Below are positions 10,520-14,473 of a stretch of 14,473 nt of DNA, piece by piece. The number at the start of each line of letters is the position of its first letter. Within the stretch, counting starts at the first letter, position 1. The notes under the pieces were generated by a model. It saw nothing but the letters and a program-made list of their open reading frames with translations, searched no databases and was not told the origin of the DNA. The stretch is from the NCBI RefSeq assembly GCF_006345805.1, contig NW_021826441.1, positions 1-14,473 on the forward strand, read 5' to 3'. This DNA comes from Octopus sinensis. Its lineage: Eukaryota. The position numbers were made by a program, and so were the translations under genes.

Positions 10520-10551
<32 letters not shown>

Positions 10552-10574
10552 TATTATTATTATTATTATTATTT

Positions 10575-10615
<41 letters not shown>

Positions 10616-10640
10616 ATCATCATCATCATCATCATCATCA

Positions 10641-10683
<43 letters not shown>
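10477..10683. repeat. Compound (TTA)n/(TTG)n/(CAT)n microsatellite
   Basis: Directly visible. Confidence 0.95.
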
Positions 10684-10811
10684 AAATTCCATGGAGGTCG
10701 ACCTTGCCTTTCATTCTTTCGGGGTCGATAAATTAAATACCATTGAATCTCTGAAATCGATGTAATCGACTACTTCTCTGCTCCTTAGATTTCAGAACTT
10801 CATTAGAAACG
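10684..10811 (+). mobile_element. 5'-truncated type-C SINE
   Basis: AAATTCCATGGAGGTCGACCTTGCCTTTCATTCTTTCGGGGTCGATAAATTAA matches 4248-4300. Ends ATTAGAAACG followed by (TTA)n. Confidence 0.85.
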
Positions 10812-10818
10812 ATTATTA

Positions 10819-10882
<64 letters not shown>

Positions 10883-10886
10883 GTTA

Positions 10887-10947
<61 letters not shown>

Positions 10948-10954
10948 TATTATT
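10812..10954. repeat. (TTA)n/(TAA)n array shared between a SINE tail and a LINE 3' end
   Basis: About 140 bp of near-perfect TTA, directly visible. Confidence 0.95.
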
Positions 10955-11778
10955 CAGTAGCTTTATAACGTGCCTTCACTTCCTACCGAGCCCAGCTCTG
11001 TGCCTTATGTATGTGTTGTGGATTCCTGTGATGCTCTTATGGTTACTGTATTCAAAGTGTTTTGCGTGGGAAGTGTGCTGTGCAACTTTCTATATGTTGT
11101 ATATATTCTAAGTCATGGTGTTTTTATTATGTATTTGTCTAATTTTTAAAAATCATACCTAATGCGCCCACTATGATAGGAATTGTTTCTGTTTTTAGAT
11201 TCCACATTCGAGTTACCTCTATTTGCAGGTCTTTGTATTTTCAAAGTTTTTCCATTTCTTTTAGAGAAACGTTCTCATCTGCTGGTATTGATACCTCAAT
11301 TAGAAAGCATTTGTTCTTCATGATCTTGACAACTATATCTGGTCCGTTGGCCTTAATTTCTATATTTGTGTGTATTGGCATATCCCATCGTATGGTTGCT
11401 TCCTCGTTTTCTGTGACCATTATACCTTCGTTTTTCTGTTGTTGTTCCAGTGTTGGAATAGCCTCCAGCGTATGTAGGTCCCAAATATGCCGTATCTGTG
11501 AATATATTCCTTCTTAGCCAGGACTGGGCAGCCAGAGATAATATAATTTATTGTTTCTTGTCAAGCTCCACATATTCTGCAGTTACTTTTTATGTTTCTT
11601 TTCATTATATGTTTATGGTAATTTCTGGTGGGGAGGTTTTGGTCTTGTACCGTAGTTAAAAATCCTTCAGTCTATGGTTTGAGTCCTGAGCTTCTCAAAC
11701 AATGCTGGGATTTTTCTCTGCGTATTTCTTTTGCGTTTAGTTTAGCCCAGTATTTGCCATGAAGGGGCTTTTCTGGCA
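10955..11778 (-). mobile_element. Decayed, 5'-truncated R4/Dong-like non-LTR retrotransposon (zinc knuckle, restriction-like endonuclease, 3' UTR)
   Basis: Minus translation, with stops and frameshifts: EKPLHGKYW...LRSSGLKP*TEGFLTTVQDQNLPTRNYHKHIMKRNIKSNCRICGA*QETINYIISGCPVLAKKEYIHRY...VTENEEATIRWDMPIHTNIEIKANGPDIVVK...CFLIEVSIPADENVSLKEMEKL*KYKDLQIEVTRMWNLKTETIPIIVGALG. Probable original stop at 11043-11045, then a ~90-nt UTR and (TAA)n. Confidence 0.88.
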
Positions 11779-11839
11779 CACGTTTATCAATGTAAGTGAG
11801 CCACACAAAATATGAATCCACAAACTTTTCCCGCTTTAC

Positions 11840-13190
11840 CAAAATGAAAGACATCTTGGAATAAAAGAACAAAAATATAAAGGATTCACAAAATGCGTAC
11901 ACCGATCATCAGTTGCCAAATGGATATCATTACACTTTCGACACCTGAACAGTGTCATTCAATCCGGAGGTGTTAACAGTGTTATGATCGTAGGAATCCA
12001 CAAGCTTATTACTACAAATATCAACATCAAAATAGACGAATGGTAATAACTTAAACAATACACCGAACATAGTCTACTAAATACTGTATTTCTAAATCTA
12101 CATCAAATGACAATCATGACATCACACCAAAAAGTAACAAGCCTAGTAAAAAAAAAATATTGAACAGTATATCTCATAAACAACGTCCTCGAACAATGTA
12201 CAAGGAAAATGACAAGCTTAGATAAATATCTATGAAATATATTCAATACTCTTAAATATATTAACCAAATAAATTGCTTATTAACAGAGACAATAAAATA
12301 AGAAGCAAATAAGATTTAAATTAAAAGCTATAGATATAAATATATATACACACATGTATACGTCTGTAATTAAAATAAATAATTAATAACACGTCCTAAC
12401 AACAAAGACAGTAAATAATATAATATTAATTAAACAGCCAACGTTGTACTTACTTGCGAACAACACAAATTACCGTTAATTATAGAATAAACAAATTTAT
12501 AAATGTATATGTAGTTTAAGTCAACACCAACGCTTATAAAATTTGAACTTTAAACACTACTAATGCAAAAATATTCAAACGAAATTATTCTACGTATAAC
12601 AAAACTCCAGGTGCAGCAGAGAAAATAACGGAAGCCATGCTCAAGACTAAACCTCGTGACTCCCAAAGCCTTAAAACCGATATCTGTCAACTGACAAGTC
12701 CATCCCAACTACCTGATAGTAGAGATATTATGGATGGGAAGCACTCCGTCGGTTACGACGATGAGGGTTCCGGTTGATCCGAATCAACGGAACAGACTGC
12801 TTAACGTAGTTCTCGGGGATATTCAGCGTGACACAGAAAGTGACAAGGCCGGCCCTTTGAAATACAGGTACAAGAGAAACAGGAAGTAAGAGTGAGAGAA
12901 AGTTGTGGTGAAAGAGTACAGCCAGAGCCTCGTGGAGCTTTAGGTGTTTTCGCTCAATAAACACTCACAACGCCCGGTCTGGGAATCGAAACCGCGATCC
13001 TATGACCGCGAGTCCGCTGCCCTAACCACTGGGCCATTGCGCCTCCAGAGATATTATACTCTATAGTGAAAGACAACTACTTAACTAAAGTGACATTGTA
13101 CTCGACATTGAACCACCATCAAAACCCCATACTTCTAATGTGTGACTAAAGCTTACTTAGATGATAATCTAACACTCTTTACAATTCCAG
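11840..13190 (+). mobile_element. Possible very old APE-type LINE remnant (scattered motifs only)
   Basis: Motif-like fragments in the expected order: DIL/GIKE...PNGY...SGGV (~11850-11975), KTPG....ITEAMLK...LPDS (12601-12720) and AYLDD (13151-13165). Spacing is shorter than in an intact LINE, and frameshifts are required. Confidence 0.25.
12732..13046 (-). mobile_element. Full-length tRNA-derived SINE, type A, tail variant 2
   Basis: Minus strand reads GGAGGCGCAATGGCCCAGTGG ... GGTTTCGATTCCC. Perfect 11-bp target-site duplication AGAGATATTAT at 12721-12731 and 13047-13057. Confidence 0.93.
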
Positions 13191-13564
13191 TCCCAACTCT
13201 AAACTCCAGATCATTCCATACTTCCATGGTAATCTTAGCAACGATTGAAAAATTTAACCAATCTTTTACTACTGCTAGCTTGTTTTTCTGTGTGTTTTTA
13301 ACATATAATCCCTATCCCAACACATTCCAACCTTATTCATAATTCTACCAGTCCTAATGACATGACTGCAAAATCCTGTTATACACCGTTCAAAGAGCAA
13401 TTCTACTATTCAACTAAGGTAACAATGCAATGTAGAAATTAAAACTACCAGCCTTATTATAAATACTCGTCAGGATCTTAGCATGTACACTAACCATTCT
13501 CACATCCAAATATAATAATTAACCAATCTTTTACACTGTCACCAATTCTTCGAGATCCACCATA

Positions 13565-13871
13565 TCTTTATATATAAAATTGAAATTGTGTGTGTGAGAC
13601 TCTGTCTCCTCCGAATTAGATAACTAACTACTCCCACGTTTGGCGGTGCAGTTTAACCAAAAGCGGGTATCTTATTGTCGACATTCATATCGAGCTCTTC
13701 TGGGTATTAGCGCGCGTCTACGATGAGTCTACGATTAAAAAAAAATTACCATTATTTTTTTCCGCATTTTTAATGATTTTTGCTCGGGTTATATAAGGGA
13801 AGTAACTCTCTAAAAATGCTTATATAGTTATTTCCCTTACAAACCCGAGCAACGCCGGGCGATACTGCTAG
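13565..13871 (+). mobile_element. Complete non-autonomous Helitron (307 bp)
   Basis: 5' end A|TCTTTATATATAAAA, subterminal GC hairpin CCCGAGCAACGCCGGG (13844-13859), 3' end CTAG|T. Inserted between A and T with no TSD. Confidence 0.88.
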
Positions 13872-13872
13872 T

Positions 13873-13919
13873 GTATATATATATATAATATTATATATTA
13901 TATATATATATATATATAT
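13873..13919. repeat. (TA)n microsatellite
   Basis: Directly visible. Confidence 0.93.
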
Positions 13920-14350
13920 GCCAGAAAAATAACCCATAGTTAAGGATAAAAACATAATCATTATATCCGCGGCATACACTGAGCTATTTTTCCTTCTTTA
14001 GGTAAATGAAGCCACCTGAATATAAATACAAATCCGCTAATATATGGCTAGTATTACCACCCATCGGAATCTTCTTCATTTATCTAAAATCTTTCCCAGA
14101 AATTGTAAGGTGTGCGTTATTAACAATAAAGTGGACTTCCTGTGGTAGTCTATTTTTACTGACATGTATAACCTTTAAATCTACACATAGAAAAAAAAAT
14201 TCATCATTTCTAATAGCAATATAACTATTGTAGGATTAAATTCGATATCACTTTTTCCAAATATTCCTTCTTCCACGCTTTGCAAATCAAGATTAGTATG
14301 CAGTGTAGAAAAATTGTATACGTGCATGGTTTTAACTGACTTTACATTTA
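13920..14350 (-). mobile_element. Decayed Penelope-like element reverse transcriptase fragment (Naiad-like motifs)
   Basis: Minus strand YNFSTLHTNL (14318-14289; compare DFSTLYT). After a frameshift, one frame reads FIVNNAHLTISGKDFR*MKKIPMGGNTSHILADLYLYS...CRGYNDYVFILNY (compare FRQxxGIPMGxNxxPLLADLFLY and RYIDDVLSLNN). Confidence 0.78.
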
Positions 14351-14375
14351 CACAGACAAACAAACAAACATACAT

Positions 14376-14417
14376 TATCTATCTATCTATCTATCTATCT
14401 ATCATCTATCTATCATA

Positions 14418-14473
<56 letters not shown>
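14376..14473. repeat. (TATC)n/(GATA)n microsatellite, preceded by (CAAA)n, running off the window
   Basis: Directly visible. Confidence 0.96.

Noticed and set aside
11173-11517. 114-aa plus-strand ORF
   Set aside because: It is the antisense shadow of the R4/Dong-like endonuclease coding region.

Overview
Eukaryotic, AT-rich, non-coding DNA packed with repeats. The SINE types and the (TA)n/(TTA)n/(CA)n load resemble an octopus (coleoid cephalopod) intron or intergenic region; this is recognised from memory, not from a search. I found no supportable host gene, rRNA, true tRNA or CRISPR array, and most ORFs in the track are microsatellite or SINE read-throughs. The window holds about 13 copies or fragments of three tRNA-derived SINE types (my labels A, B, C). 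It also holds a 5'-truncated RTE-clade LINE end sitting in (TA)n and a decayed R4/Dong-like restriction-endonuclease LINE whose 3' end abuts (TAA)n. There is a decayed Penelope-like RT fragment with Naiad-type motifs, hammerhead-like remnants, a complete 307-bp non-autonomous Helitron with two competing 3' hairpins, and a near-identical ~1.56-kb tandem duplication that may be an assembly artefact. I see no evidence for a wholly new biological system. The most interesting signals concern transposable-element structure and microsatellite targeting.
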